A stretch of DNA of 64,000 nucleotides, from positions 70,246,001-70,310,000 of the forward strand of contig CM060733.1 of assembly GCA_030704615.1 (NCBI GenBank), given 5' to 3'. Positions 1 to 11,000 of the stretch are shown here, piece after piece. Position 1 is the stretch's first letter, and every line of letters starts with the position of its first letter. This DNA is from Takakia lepidozioides. Lineage: Eukaryota; Plantae; Bryophyta. The notes under the pieces were generated by a model, which did no database searches, was not told where the DNA came from, and worked only from the letters and a program-made list of their open reading frames with translations. The translations under genes were made by a program, and so were the position numbers.

Positions 1-139
1 TCCTTTGAAAGAGGATCAGTGGTATGCAATGAAGCCTTCAGACATGACACACAAGACCAGAAGAGCTCCTCTATAAGCTTACTGGTGAAACGATCATCCA
101 GCTTCAAGGATCATGCATAGGTGCCAACTAGCATTTGCT

Positions 140-330
140 GCTGCATTTTTAAGTATCTCCTTGTGTACCCCAAAGCCTCTAGTGACTTGGTAGCTTCAGC
201 GACTGCAATAACAATGGCGGCTCTGGCATCGTCATCCTCCAGGCGTTTCAGGGCACGCTGAATCTTGTGGTCACATTCAATGATATGCTTCTCAAACTAA
301 TCACTACTTATACGCAGGTAATCTTGCAAG
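140..330 (-). pseudogene. LUC7-related (U1 snRNP) gene fragment, degraded
   Basis: Manual minus-strand translation gives EKHIIECDHKIQRALKRLEDDDARAAIVIAVAEATKSLEAL. This resembles the plant LUC7-like segment LIVECDRKIxRALKRLEEEDAKAAIAISVSEVTQ as I recall it. It is flanked by stops and frameshifts. Confidence 0.5.
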
Positions 331-765
331 TGCTAACCCTCAACTCCTACCTTGCACTCACAGGTAAGAGAGCATCTTTCTCGAGTGATAGAAGTCCAAC
401 GAACACACTGTGACACAAAACATGAAAACCAAACCATCACTCTTAGAAAATAGTAGTCGAGCCAGGGGCACCCCAAGCTATGGGGACTCCACCCCACAAC
501 AACCTGTACCCCTACATAAGCACACTCAAATCTAAACACATGCAGGAGCTCGGTCGCGCAGGCTCAACTCGAGAAAGATGAGCCGCGCGACTGCCGCTCT
601 CGTGAAGATAAGACGGACCAGGTGTCAAACTAAACTTGACACCTGATTTAACACTTGACCTAAATCCAAGTGTTAAATACAAATAACTAGTTTTATTCTA
701 GCTGTTTTCACACTGTGCTTATTTAACTTGACAACTGTTCTGAAGTGTGGTTATCCTCTTTGCAG

Positions 766-2151
766 AACATGTCCATTGAGGAAATGGCGGACATGCCATC
801 TTGCAATTTGGCAGAAACTGTGCACAACGCATGGTTGCAGCAGTCTGGGAAACGAGGTCGGGATTTGTATGTGGCAACAACAGATGATTTGATACGTGCC
901 TTGCAACAACAAACCCGATACCGTGATTTCTTACGAGGTGGGGTTGGTGGCAAGGGTCCGGACAAATGGGAGTTGATGTTGCGTGCTGCAAACAGATCTG
1001 GGGATCCAATCAAGATAGCACGGGCGGTGAGCATGTATGCCCAGGGAACGCCACTTGTTTCTAGAGTTCCACATCTTGAAGGGGAGGAGAGATTCGGCTC
1101 CTGTAAGAGGAAATTGAACACTCCACCTGGTTCGGATTCAGATTCCCACAGGGCAGACCGTGATAACTTCTCGAAGCCTTGTGTTCCCCTGCATGACAGC
1201 TCCATGTCCGGAACCTCCATTGTGGAGGAACCTCCAACACGACGGCAAGCTCCAGCATCAAACAGTGCCACTGAAATGGTGCAGGAGAGAAACAACCCCC
1301 TTGATGTGCTTGAGTCCGCATGTCCCGACCACGTTTGGCACATAGAACGCACAAGTGTAGGGTCTCGTGTGAAATGTACAGCGATCAGGGCAACTAATTT
1401 CGAGAAATGCACTTCATCTATATCCAGAGGTGGTGCCCGAACTCCTGCTCCGACTTTCACGGGCTTGATGCGTCCATACGGTCAACCAGAAGCCAAGAAC
1501 CACAAGTTCTGGTTCTGCGCAGATGATTGTGCCAAATGTGTGCATGGAACTGTGCGTCCTTCCGTAGTGATGAAGCCAACTCCTCCAACCATTTGGCCCG
1601 TGAAGGTGGGAACACATCTCAGCTTTCAGGAGATTGAAATGCTGGAGGAGGCAGGTTTTTCCCTTGCGAGACAACCCCAACTCCATGCATGTGCTACTAC
1701 TTCTGCGTCCTCCCGGGTCCCCCCGGCAAATCCTGACTTGTGGCCAACCAAACGAGATGGAAAGCTCGTTCGGCGTTTCCCTCCAACTGCTGAACACTTT
1801 GGCAAAGTGGAGTCCGCAAGAATGCTCCAAGCTCGTGTTGGAAGCACCACGGAAGTACCCGATCCAGGATATGGTCGGGTATTCACAATCATCACTTCCA
1901 CATCTGCTGTTCATGACAGGACCTACGACATCACGGTTTCCAATTTCCCCAATTGCACATGTCCTGATTTTGTGAATATGCTATCAACCAGTTTGGGCAA
2001 GAGAGGTAAATTCATACCCTGCAAACATTTGTATTTCATATTTTTGAGGAGGATGGTTTGCGATCCCAAACGTGACAACTTCATTCACCAGGCCACTATG
2101 AGTTTCAACGAGGTCGATACTCTTTTGCAGCGGGATACAACACATGGGTAG
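766..2151 (+). CDS. Last exon of a Mutator-like (MULE) transposase: catalytic E region plus C-terminal SWIM zinc finger; upstream exons absent
   Basis: A ttgcag acceptor at 765 is followed by NMSIEEMADMPSCNLAETVH (third catalytic residue). SWIM motif CTCPDF...PCKHLY is present. It is collinear with the transposase at 17544-18968, including an identical intron position. Confidence 0.8.
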   Translation, partial: NMSIEEMADMPSCNLAETVHNAWLQQSGKRGRDLYVATTDDLIRALQQQTRYRDFLRGGVGGKGPDKWELMLRAANRSGDPIKIARAVSMYAQGTPLVSRVPHLEGEERFGSCKRKLNTPPGSDSDSHRADRDNFSKPCVPLHDSSMSGTSIVEEPPTRRQAPASNSATEMVQERNNPLDVLESACPDHVWHIERTSVGSRVKCTAIRATNFEKCTSSISRGGARTPAPTFTGLMRPYGQPEAKNHKFWFCADDCAKCVHGTVRPSVVMKPTPPTIWPVKVGTHLSFQEIEMLEEAGFSLARQPQLHACATTSASSRVPPANPDLWPTKRDGKLVRRFPPTAEHFGKVESARMLQARVGSTTEVPDPGYGRVFTIITSTSAVHDRTYDITVSNFPNCTCPDFVNMLSTSLGKRGKFIPCKHLYFIFLRRMVCDPKRDNFIHQATMSFNEVDTLLQRDTTHG

Positions 2152-3186
2152 CATGAACTATGTAATGTGGTATGTGGATGACCATGATTTGAAATGTGTA
2201 ATTCACATCAATTCGTCGGCTGTGCAATGATATGGCCTCCAACTATACGGAGTCAGCTCTGAGTGACAACTTTTAGGTAGTGCACATTTGTCATTGCACC
2301 GTTCGAAGTCTACATGTCTTGCTATCGCTATGCACTACAATCATCTTTTGAAGATGATCCTAACTCTCATTGTTATTTGAGGAGGGAGGAAGGTCTTCCC
2401 GTGGCAGCCTTTATGGCGCACACTTTGTGAGGATATTTTGTCGTCCTCGTAATTGTAAAAGTGAAACAAGCATTTGTAATTGCACAATGTTGGATGCTGC
2501 AATTGTAGGCCTCAATGCTCGTCTTGATTCTATTTAGGCAAGATTCCATGCATTAATTCCACGGTCATAGGACCATCCACGGTTATAGGCGGCGCATGTT
2601 AATGGTGACGTGGCAGATGACGGACAGTGCCATGTCATCATTTACCGCCACATCAGCATGCTGACATGACGCTCACGCCACGTCACTCCTGCGTGAGCGT
2701 ACGCTCGCGCGCTCACGCCATTGCGTCGTTGCTATAGATCTGTGTAGCCACCCAAAAGCACAGGAATCCTTCATCAGAAAATCTACAAGGAGCCTATGCC
2801 TCATACTGAATCAAGTCAGTATGTTGTGATCCTATGAACACAGCTGTCATATGGGCTCAGTATATGCTATGACATATCGACATATTTTACATCTATGACA
2901 GTGGCAGAGGAGTATTGCACTCCTGTGTGCTCCTATGAGCACAACGCTTCCTATATTATTTGTTCACATATTGGCATAGATCCCAGTTAGTGTGGTGTGG
3001 TGCTTAAGAGTCGTGCAAAACTCAGCCCAAAGTATCAGCTGGTTCGAGATATCTCTCTGCAATCCAAACAGAAGCTACAATACCACACACACAGAACACT
3101 GCAAGAGATGCAATGAGGGTGGCATTGTAAACAATGCACAGCTTTAGAAAACTTCATTCAAATGAAAGGTGTGGGGTAACACACAC

Positions 3187-3931
3187 CAGCATGGGAGCCC
3201 ATATGACAGCGATGAGAATTGCAAAGACGAGTACACCACTGCCGAACTTGATCCACATTCCCTGCTTTTGCCCCAACCGATGCCTCTCCCTCACAAGCTT
3301 GATATCACATTGCACGAGAAATAAACTCCCATATATGTCCTCCAGCTGTTCCACATGGTAGAGCCACACCAGCAAGTACAAAGTCTTATATAAGATGTAA
3401 TTTGGGTCAAGTCTGACAACCCCTAGTGAGCTAAGACCCCACAATCGGAGGGTTAGCACCCCACGGGGCCTATGCCCACAAGGGTGTATCACGGTGACAT
3501 TGCTGCTGAAGAGATAATGAAAGCTCACCTTGAGCCAGTCATACATGTTGAGCGCAGTGGTGGTGCACGACCAGTCCAACACGCAGCGCAGCTCAAACAG
3601 AAAAAGGCAGTGCCCGGTACAAATGGAAACCCACCCAGCTAAGAGCATTGACACGTCTTGCTAGAAACTGGCCATACAGGGCACTCTTGTGGAGGGGATC
3701 AAACTTTATTTGCAAGGCTTGCAGTGCCAGTGATAACGCCTTCATCATGTAGAAAAATCGTAATGGCAACAGCTGAAAATGGTAGTTGGTATCACTGTAC
3801 TCCATCCCCCACACAAACTGTGACACATAGGATATGTAGAGACAGAGGCTGAGAAAGTAATAGGCCACCTTGCCGGTGGCAAAAGAGCTAAGATAGAGCA
3901 CACGGTCGACCACAATAAAAAAGAACAGTGT
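3187..3931 (-). pseudogene. PIEZO: PIEZO mechanosensitive channel gene fragment (2 exons: 3931-3529, 3345-3187; 1-nt frameshift near 3601)
   Basis: Translation FIVVDRVLYLSSFATGK...YRALPF/LFELRCVLDWSCTTTALNMYDWLK|LEDIYGSLFLVQCD...FAILIAVIWAPML is the PIEZO anchor/outer-helix region. GT-AG intron at 3346-3528. No flanking PIEZO exons were found. Confidence 0.85.
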
Positions 3932-4742
3932 CTGCATAATGTGCCACCACAACCAACAGGCTCCACACTTCAGTATAACTGTCACCCCCTTGGCATCTAT
4001 CTGGCTATCCATCCCTATCTCAGTCTTTTGTTCATCACTTAAACTCATGGTTGTGCAGGTCTTCTGCTTGACATGAATGAAAAGACTATTCTTCCGACTG
4101 CCTGAGGATCCGTGGGTGTCAGTGGAAAACGACCCATACAATCGCCAACCGATTGGGAGAGACCTATTTTTTAGGGAGTTGGGGGACGTTAGCATCCGTT
4201 GGGATGATATGAATGAGAGGTACTAGGTGCCTTGTCGAGATGAAGGGCCATTTCCTCCAGAGTTGCGCAGAGACCCCCAGCAGGAGGAGGTGTTGGACAA
4301 TTTCAAGGCTGCCATCAGGAGTGTTGTTTGGTATTGGCAGAAGACATGGCGTGACCAAGTTGCCCTTATTCTTGCCACTTCCAAACATACCGGATTTAAT
4401 TGAAAAATTGCATGAAACCGTAGCAAGAGCGACAAACCCGGCTCTGGCAGATGTGGAAGAGAGTCAGCACTCGCCTAGAACGCTACGCATGATGGCAAGG
4501 GTGGACCAGACAACACTGGGTCCCTCCTTGACCACTCGAGCCCAGGCTCGAGCTCTCCGTACTGGTGGAGGCACGTCCTCTACACCCGAAGCATCTTCTT
4601 CAACACCTGGAGATGACGACAACGAAGTAATTAATCTAGATGAAGATGACTAGAAAGGCTAGAAACGTAGGGAGTAGTGTAGTGTGAAAAGAAAGGGCAT
4701 GAATCCCTTCTGTAAAATCTAAATCTGGTTCGTAGTGCAAAG

Positions 4743-4784
4743 TTCCAGATTACAGTCTCAAACAATGACACAGGTGAGTTCCAT
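4743..4784 (+). mobile_element. 5' piece of a 5'-truncated Penelope-like element RT fragment, interrupted by the 15-kb MULE
   Basis: FQITVSNNDTGEFH joins in frame to FQKYDKRR at 19829 when the MULE and one TSD copy are removed. Confidence 0.6.
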
Positions 4785-4868
4785 GGGGGCTGCTATTTCA
4801 TGAGCCATGAGCCATGAGCGGCATGTGCCATGAGCAGAGTCGTAAGTGTGGAAAAAAACCTGAGCAGC
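4785..4868 (+). repeat. Left terminal inverted repeat with tandem CATGAGC motifs
   Basis: ctatttcatgagccatgagccatgagcggcatg..., inverted relative to 19738-19820. Confidence 0.85.
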
Positions 4869-5247
4869 ACTATTTTCCGGAAATGAGTGTCCGCGGGAAT
4901 AGGGTTTAGGGTGCCACGGTCATAGGGGGAGAAGGACCTCCCGATGAAGGAGGTTCGGCAATGTTATTTAGAATTATATATTGAAAGGCAATGTTTCGCG
5001 AATGGAAGGGTGGTACTGCTCTGTACAATGGGGGCCCATTTCAGCCTACCAGCCACTTGCAAAATCCACCCACACTCCCAATCCCAAACGAAATGAGCAA
5101 TGACGCATTCTCGGAACGATGGACACAGAATAGAATAAAAAGAAGGCACAATGAGGTTTTTATTGATCCACATGAATTGCATTTGAAGCACGTCTACTGT
5201 GCTGATTGTGCAATCAAATCTTTAGCCCTGTGCCTACTGAATACAAG

Positions 5248-5811
5248 TCACGTTGTCAATGGGACTTCGACTGCTCTCAGAACTAGCTCATGAGTCATGG
5301 GGCTCCTCCAGGTAAAGTCGATTGCAGCCGTTGTACCGCCCCTAGTGATGTTCACCACAATGTCCTGCCCTTCAATCATACCACCATCGAATATGGAAAT
5401 ATTCACGTTTTCGTCGTCCACACCAATGCGAATGTCCCCATACAATGGAGAAGAGGAGCGCACTCCTTCAGGAGAATAGGTCTCTCCGATGGAGTCCACC
5501 CACGTCCAGTGGCAGCAGTTCCACCGCAACAGCATAGCAGTGCGCCTTCTTCTGCATGGGTGACCGTCGTAGCTGGGAAAATCGGAATCGAGGATGCGCA
5601 GGAGCCATGGACTCCTCAGACCAAGATCGTCACCCCGCTCGAAGGCGTAGTGGCCTAGGATATACTCAAAAGCCACCAATGTTTCCACAATCGAACCAGT
5701 ATCTTCTCTGTAATCTGTGTACCGGATAACAATGTCTCCCGATGTGGCCGAATACATTGCATAATCGATGCCTCCAAATGGGCAGTCATCCCGGTTCCGG
5801 AAGCACGGCAT
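5248..5811 (-). CDS. Unknown ~187-aa protein X1 (TE accessory), paralog of X2
   Basis: Open frame from MPCFRNRDDCP to ELVLRAVEVP. It aligns end to end with 6367-6944. Confidence 0.7.
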   Translation of the reverse strand: MPCFRNRDDCPFGGIDYAMYSATSGDIVIRYTDYREDTGSIVETLVAFEYILGHYAFERGDDLGLRSPWLLRILDSDFPSYDGHPCRRRRTAMLLRWNCCHWTWVDSIGETYSPEGVRSSSPLYGDIRIGVDDENVNISIFDGGMIEGQDIVVNITRGGTTAAIDFTWRSPMTHELVLRAVEVPLTT

Positions 5812-6366
5812 CCTTGCAAAGGAGGACCTGAGGACGACTTGGATGCCGATGACAATGACCTTGCGGACAGCTACGAAGCCCTTAGATTTTGGAAATGATG
5901 CAAAGCGGAAGAGCAGTCCGGCCTCCAATAATGGAGCATCTGGGTCCCACGTACCCACCGACGGAGGTGGAACGTGTTCATCACGCCAGCGGTGGATGAA
6001 CCCATACATCTTTCTCATCAACAAGTTATAGTTTGAGATCTGCCACCGAAGTCCATCCCCCCGGATGGAAATTCGGCGCCGCATTTACATCGAAGAGGGG
6101 ATGGACTTCGTCGTGTCCAGTGGCTATCGGCCCACCTGGCAGTGACTGCCATAGTTTGCATGGCAGGGTAGGAAACTGAAACGGCTACATTCATGCAGCA
6201 GCCAATCTTCATCGGTCCAGGATCCTGTAGGGGGGAAATTTAAATGTGCCCTGGAGTGTTTGTGAGGAATTGCAGCGTTAGCTTGAACTTTTTCCAGCCA
6301 CCGCACTGCTCCTCCTCCATCCGGGAGCTGCTGTCATTGAGCGTACTCCGCTACTCTTTTTCAAGG

Positions 6367-6944
6367 ATGCCGTGCCGCCGAAATCCAGCCGACTGCCCTT
6401 ATCATGGCCACGATTATGCTATGTTCAAACCAGAATCAGGAGACATCATTGTCTGGCTCTCTGTTTTCACAGACGTTGCTGGAATCAAGCAAGAGTCTTT
6501 GCGCGCAATGGAGTATCTGGAGAGCTATTACCGCTTTGAGCGAGGTGAGGGCGAGGGTCAATGCGGTCCGTGGGTCCTGAAATTGTTGACCTCGATATAC
6601 CAAGCTGGAAAGGGATGCCGGACAGATCACGCACGGCCTCGCTTTGGCGCTGGAACTGCTGCCAGTGGACCAGGGAGGACGGCACCGGGGAAAACTATAT
6701 ACGTGCAGATCACTCCGCTCTTCCAGTGTATGGAGACATTCGGTTGAGTTGCGAAGACGAATCGCACGGGCACATGAGGCCCACAGTGACCTTGTCAATG
6801 TATGATGGTGGTATCATTGATGGACATGACATTGTCGTCGGCTCCAGCAAGGGCAGCAGAACGACTGAATTGCAGTTTACCTCGAGGTGCCGCAGCAGTA
6901 ATGAGCTTGTTTTGAGGGGTATCGAAGTTCCGTCGACTTGGTGA
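6367..6944 (+). pseudogene. Unknown ~190-aa protein X2, paralog of X1, one frameshift near 6580
   Basis: MPCRRNPADCPYHGHDYAMF...RWNCCQWT...YGDIRL...SMYDGGIIDGHDIVV...ELVLRGIEVP, split over ORFs 6244-6747 and 6561-6944. Both genes share the start context caaggATGccgtgc. Confidence 0.7.
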
Positions 6945-7199
6945 AGCCCATGTAGAAGGAGGAAGGGCTTAGTTTTGTCTGCAGTTGGTAAATGTGAGAC
7001 ATCGTGTCCGATCAATAAACCCATCGTACCTCACTTCTGTGTGATTGTGTTTCATTCTGTTGAATAACTGTCGGAATTGGACCACTGTTTACAATTTGAT
7101 GTCTCATTTCTACAATTTGTCTATCCGGATGAATATACCAGAGTAACCGGTATGAGAGTCATGTGACAAAGAATATACCAGAGTAACGCCATGTCGGAC

Positions 7200-7936
7200 A
7201 TTGAAATGCGGCACCGCATTTCCATGTCGGCATCGAAATGTATGAACCGCATTTCAGTGTCGGACAATGGAATGCGGTGCATCATTTCCGTCCAGGTACA
7301 CGAAATACCAACACGGGTCTATAAATTGGACAGACAACGAGGTTGGCATTGCAAATGCGGCGACGCATTTCCAGCTTGGCAATGGAAACTTCTTTTTGGA
7401 CAAGGGAATGCGGTGCCGCATTTCCGTCCAACACTTCGGAAAGTGTGACATTTCCGACCAGCGCGATGGAATGCGTTACCGCATTTCCGTGAGAGGGTCT
7501 GCAAATGGACAAATTGCGATGTCCGTTCTGGAAATGCGGCGCCGCATTTCCATGTCCGTCATCGACTTTTTTTTTACAATGGAATGCGGTGCCAATTTTT
7601 GCTGATGGGCCTGCATCTCGAACAACGACCATCCCCAATATGGAAATGCGGCACCGCATTTCCAATTCCGCCATCTCGACCTCCTTGTTCGACCTCCTTG
7701 TTCGACCTCTGTAAGCGTGGTGGCATCCATGAATGAGCGGGAGAGGCCAAAACTGGCGTGTGGACAAAGGAAATTTTGGAAATGCGGCACCGCATTTCCA
7801 ATCGGCCGATTACTTTTTACTATGCCAACATTGAAATGGAAAATTTAGTCCCTCCCCTATTTTGGAAATGCGGTGCCGCATTTCCAAAAGAGGTTTTTAG
7901 AGTTGCCAAAATTTTGGAAATGCGGGCCCCATTTCT
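7200..7936. repeat. Palindrome array 1: about 12 copies of GGAAATGCGG(CG/CA/TG)CCGCATTTCC with variable spacers
   Basis: Copies near 7203, 7269, 7352, 7405, 7468, 7530, 7642, 7778, 7864 and 7916, plus degenerate ones. Confidence 0.9.
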
Positions 7937-8071
7937 GATTTTGGGAGCGTCGTGGTTTGGGCGATTGTGTGGCTGGAATGCACACTAGAGAGGGTCACGA
8001 ATGTCGGGGAGAATTTCCTTTATATACTCTGGAAGAGAATTTACATTTACAGAGACTTCATTAAAATTCTA

Positions 8072-11000
8072 TTAATCTTGAAAATCATCCGAATCCTCAT
8101 CCTGTTCTAGACTGTCCTGCTCCGCCTCCACCCCCTCATTGCCTTTCTCATCTCCAGCGGACTGCTCGTTGGCCAGGCTTTCGAAAATCCCATCTTCCCC
8201 TTGCGGAACTGTCCATCTCACCTCCGTTGGGTCGTCTTCCTCCCTGTCTGCGTCGCTCTCATCCGCTGAATCACATATGTACTTTCGTACCCGTCTACCT
8301 GTCTGAGCTGCTGCCAACTCTTTCCTTATCCTTCTGTCCTCCCTAGCCCTCTCCAAAATCTGCTCTACTTTACTGGGATTCTCACTTCTTCTAATCGCTG
8401 TATTTGCGAGTTTAGCTGCATAACTAGGAAGGGAGTAGTCCCTCACCGGGCTCGTCATAAAGTCGGCCCTCGCAAAGAACGGGACATTCTTCCTGGCAGG
8501 AAGTGTAGGCCCTACATGTTTTGACCCGGACCCTGCAATCCTGCACATGACAATCATCAACGAGACTAATGAGAACCACAGTCCGGAAATTCGTTTGACA
8601 AAAATGACCCAGAAGGCTTTGCAAACTTACAATGTTTTCACTCACTCGTATTCCGGGTTCTCCTCCGCATCAATGTCCACTATGTGTCTTCCTCGGACTC
8701 CGACGAATCCGAGGAGACTTCCGCTCTGTTGGGAGCCTTAACATTCCGTTGCAGCCCTTCCAGATGGGATCCCCACACGGATGAATCCTCCTCGTAGGCA
8801 AAGAGGTGCCGGTCGGAAAACCGCCCAGCCCACATTGAGGCACCTGTTACAATGCCATCCACACATTACAACATGGCGCTTCAGATGTTGCGAACTACAT
8901 CCTAACGAGAATTTGCAGAACAGCATAGATCAAGATTCTGCATACCTGTCCCACAGATGAGGTCGAGCACTGTGCCCTCCACGTCTGTGCATGTCTCCAT
9001 AATTGTCTGAATGAAGGCAGGGCTCCGAGTCCGTGAGTACCGCAGGGGTTCCGTTGAAGTGAGGCTATGAGGGAGAAGTTCCTTGGGAACGTTGTTGAAC
9101 AGAACGTCGTAATCGAGGGGTCGCAGTTCGGGTCAACCTTTCCTCCCTCCTTCCGGAAAGCAAAGGTGGAGTTCTCCTTCACAAAGCAGTATGCATTGAA
9201 CTGCTTCGTCTGCATACACAGGGGGAACGATTAGAAACCGAATGCGGCACCGCATTTGAAAACACCCAAGCAAATGAATGGACGAGTGCCAGTGTCGTAA
9301 TCACCTTCTTCCCTTCCGACCGAAGGCCCAAGTGTTGATGCACGTCCACTTCTTTTTCAGAATTGGGACGGCGCTCTTGCGGGTCCACTTCGCAATTCCT
9401 GTCTGAGTGTTTTTTCCTCTGCTCGCCAGGACAACCACACAGCCTCTGTCGTCCAACACCATGCGGGCAAGCCCGAATCCTTTCTTCCAAAAGTCCTCCG
9501 AGTACCTGTTCCAAGATGGCAAAGCTTGCAGTCCTTCCACAGGCTCTCCGTCCGGAATATCCAAGATGATCATATCGCAAGACCACTCGGTGGCATTTCC
9601 GCCCTCCTACAATCCTTGTCTGCACACACCCTCTCAAAGAACGAGACCATATTCTGAAATCCTGGGGGTGTCGGAAGGCTCTTTGGCAGTCGCCTTCTTC
9701 AGTGCTCTGCCCTTCAGACCCTCCATGGTCTTCATGTATGCCAACTTGGCTGCCCGTCCATCCAAAGCCGCCAAGAAACTCTCATTTACACACTGGACTA
9801 CTGTTTCGGGAGCCACTTTCGGCCTCTTCATTTCCACCGGCTCGAAAGGGTGCCCCCCTGGGGGTTGAAGAGTGCCTTCTTTGCCGAGCCAGTTCTCGTG
9901 CCTCTCGTGACAACGGTGGGCACAGGGGAGGCAGCCTGCGTTTGGGGGGGTGGGCTGGTTGCAAAGTCTCCATCGGAGTCCTCTTCCTCACCCTCTTCCT
10001 GAACAGGCTGTTTTTGCTTCTTTCGTTTTGGCGGGTGTCACAACAGCTGCTCCTTGCTGGCGAGTCCCTCTTCTTCGACCCTTCTGTTGGGCCTGCACAG
10101 CTGCATCCACCGTCTTTTGTGCCATCTCAGCTGCCTTTCTGGATTCTTCCAGAGCAGCAGATTCCTTTGCCGACTTTGGCCCAGTAGGGACACGTCTTTC
10201 CTTTCTCTTCTCTTCTTCTGCCAAGGCATGCAGATCTTTCTCAGACTCGTCAACAATACCGCCAGACATATCCAGGTACCAGGGCATCCAACGAGATGCG
10301 CGGGATGCCATTGTTTCTGCATCTCGGGTGTGTAGACACAGCTTGGGCCCGCCACGGTCCAAGCCATGAAGAACGGGGGCTCTTGAGCCAGGGCCCCTGT
10401 CTGAAGGAGCACGTATTTCATATACCTGCAAGGCAATCAGCATGCGTGAGCATAAGATTGGACGAACCTACTCGCAGAGTGCCACCAAAAACATAAAATG
10501 CGAATGCGGTGCCGCATTTCCGAGACAAACCTCGTAATCAGGCTTCGCATACAAGGGCAGCTGTGCTTCACCTGTAAACAATTCGCATTGCAGCTTTCCC
10601 CGCTCCCTCCTGATGTGTAAACTCCACGCTCCTTCTTGCTGTCTGTAGCTCTCTGGCAAAAGGTTGTCCTTGTACGCACATCTGAAACGTGTCACGTAGT
10701 CTTCCAATGTCTGTGTTCCATCCCATTTGACGTACAAGCCGAACGAATTTGTGTGCATTACGACTTGCTCCTTTGCATTCGACATTACCTGCGATTCCCA
10801 AATGCATTGTCACGTAGCAGTTCAGGGAATTCATTTCATGGTGGGAAATATGGGGAAGTACCTTGAATTACCTGGAACCACCAAGTCATGCGGTTGAGCC
10901 ACACATCCACTGCAGGGTCGGAAACTTCGAGTGGAAAAGACCACATTGTCCTTATGCTCTCGGATGCATTCCAGATCGACAGCCACCGTGTCTGCCATTT

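Noticed and set aside
2559-2588. Shared CCACGGT(C/T)ATA motif near MULE ends (also 4914 and 52005)
   Set aside because: Same orientation at left and right ends and variable distance from the termini. Too weak to call functional.
4213-4653. 146-aa ORF with an acidic tail (and the 100-aa ORF at 22358-22660)
   Set aside because: Probably TE-derived fragments, but nothing identifiable supports a call.
4900-4911. Telomere repeat TAGGGTTTAGGG
   Set aside because: Fewer than two units. At most a telo-box, not a telomeric array.
7191-7988. Short ORFs with repeated EMRHRIS / KCGAAF peptides (also 13586-15077 and 53267-54436)
   Set aside because: Translation artefacts of the palindromic repeats, appearing in all six frames.
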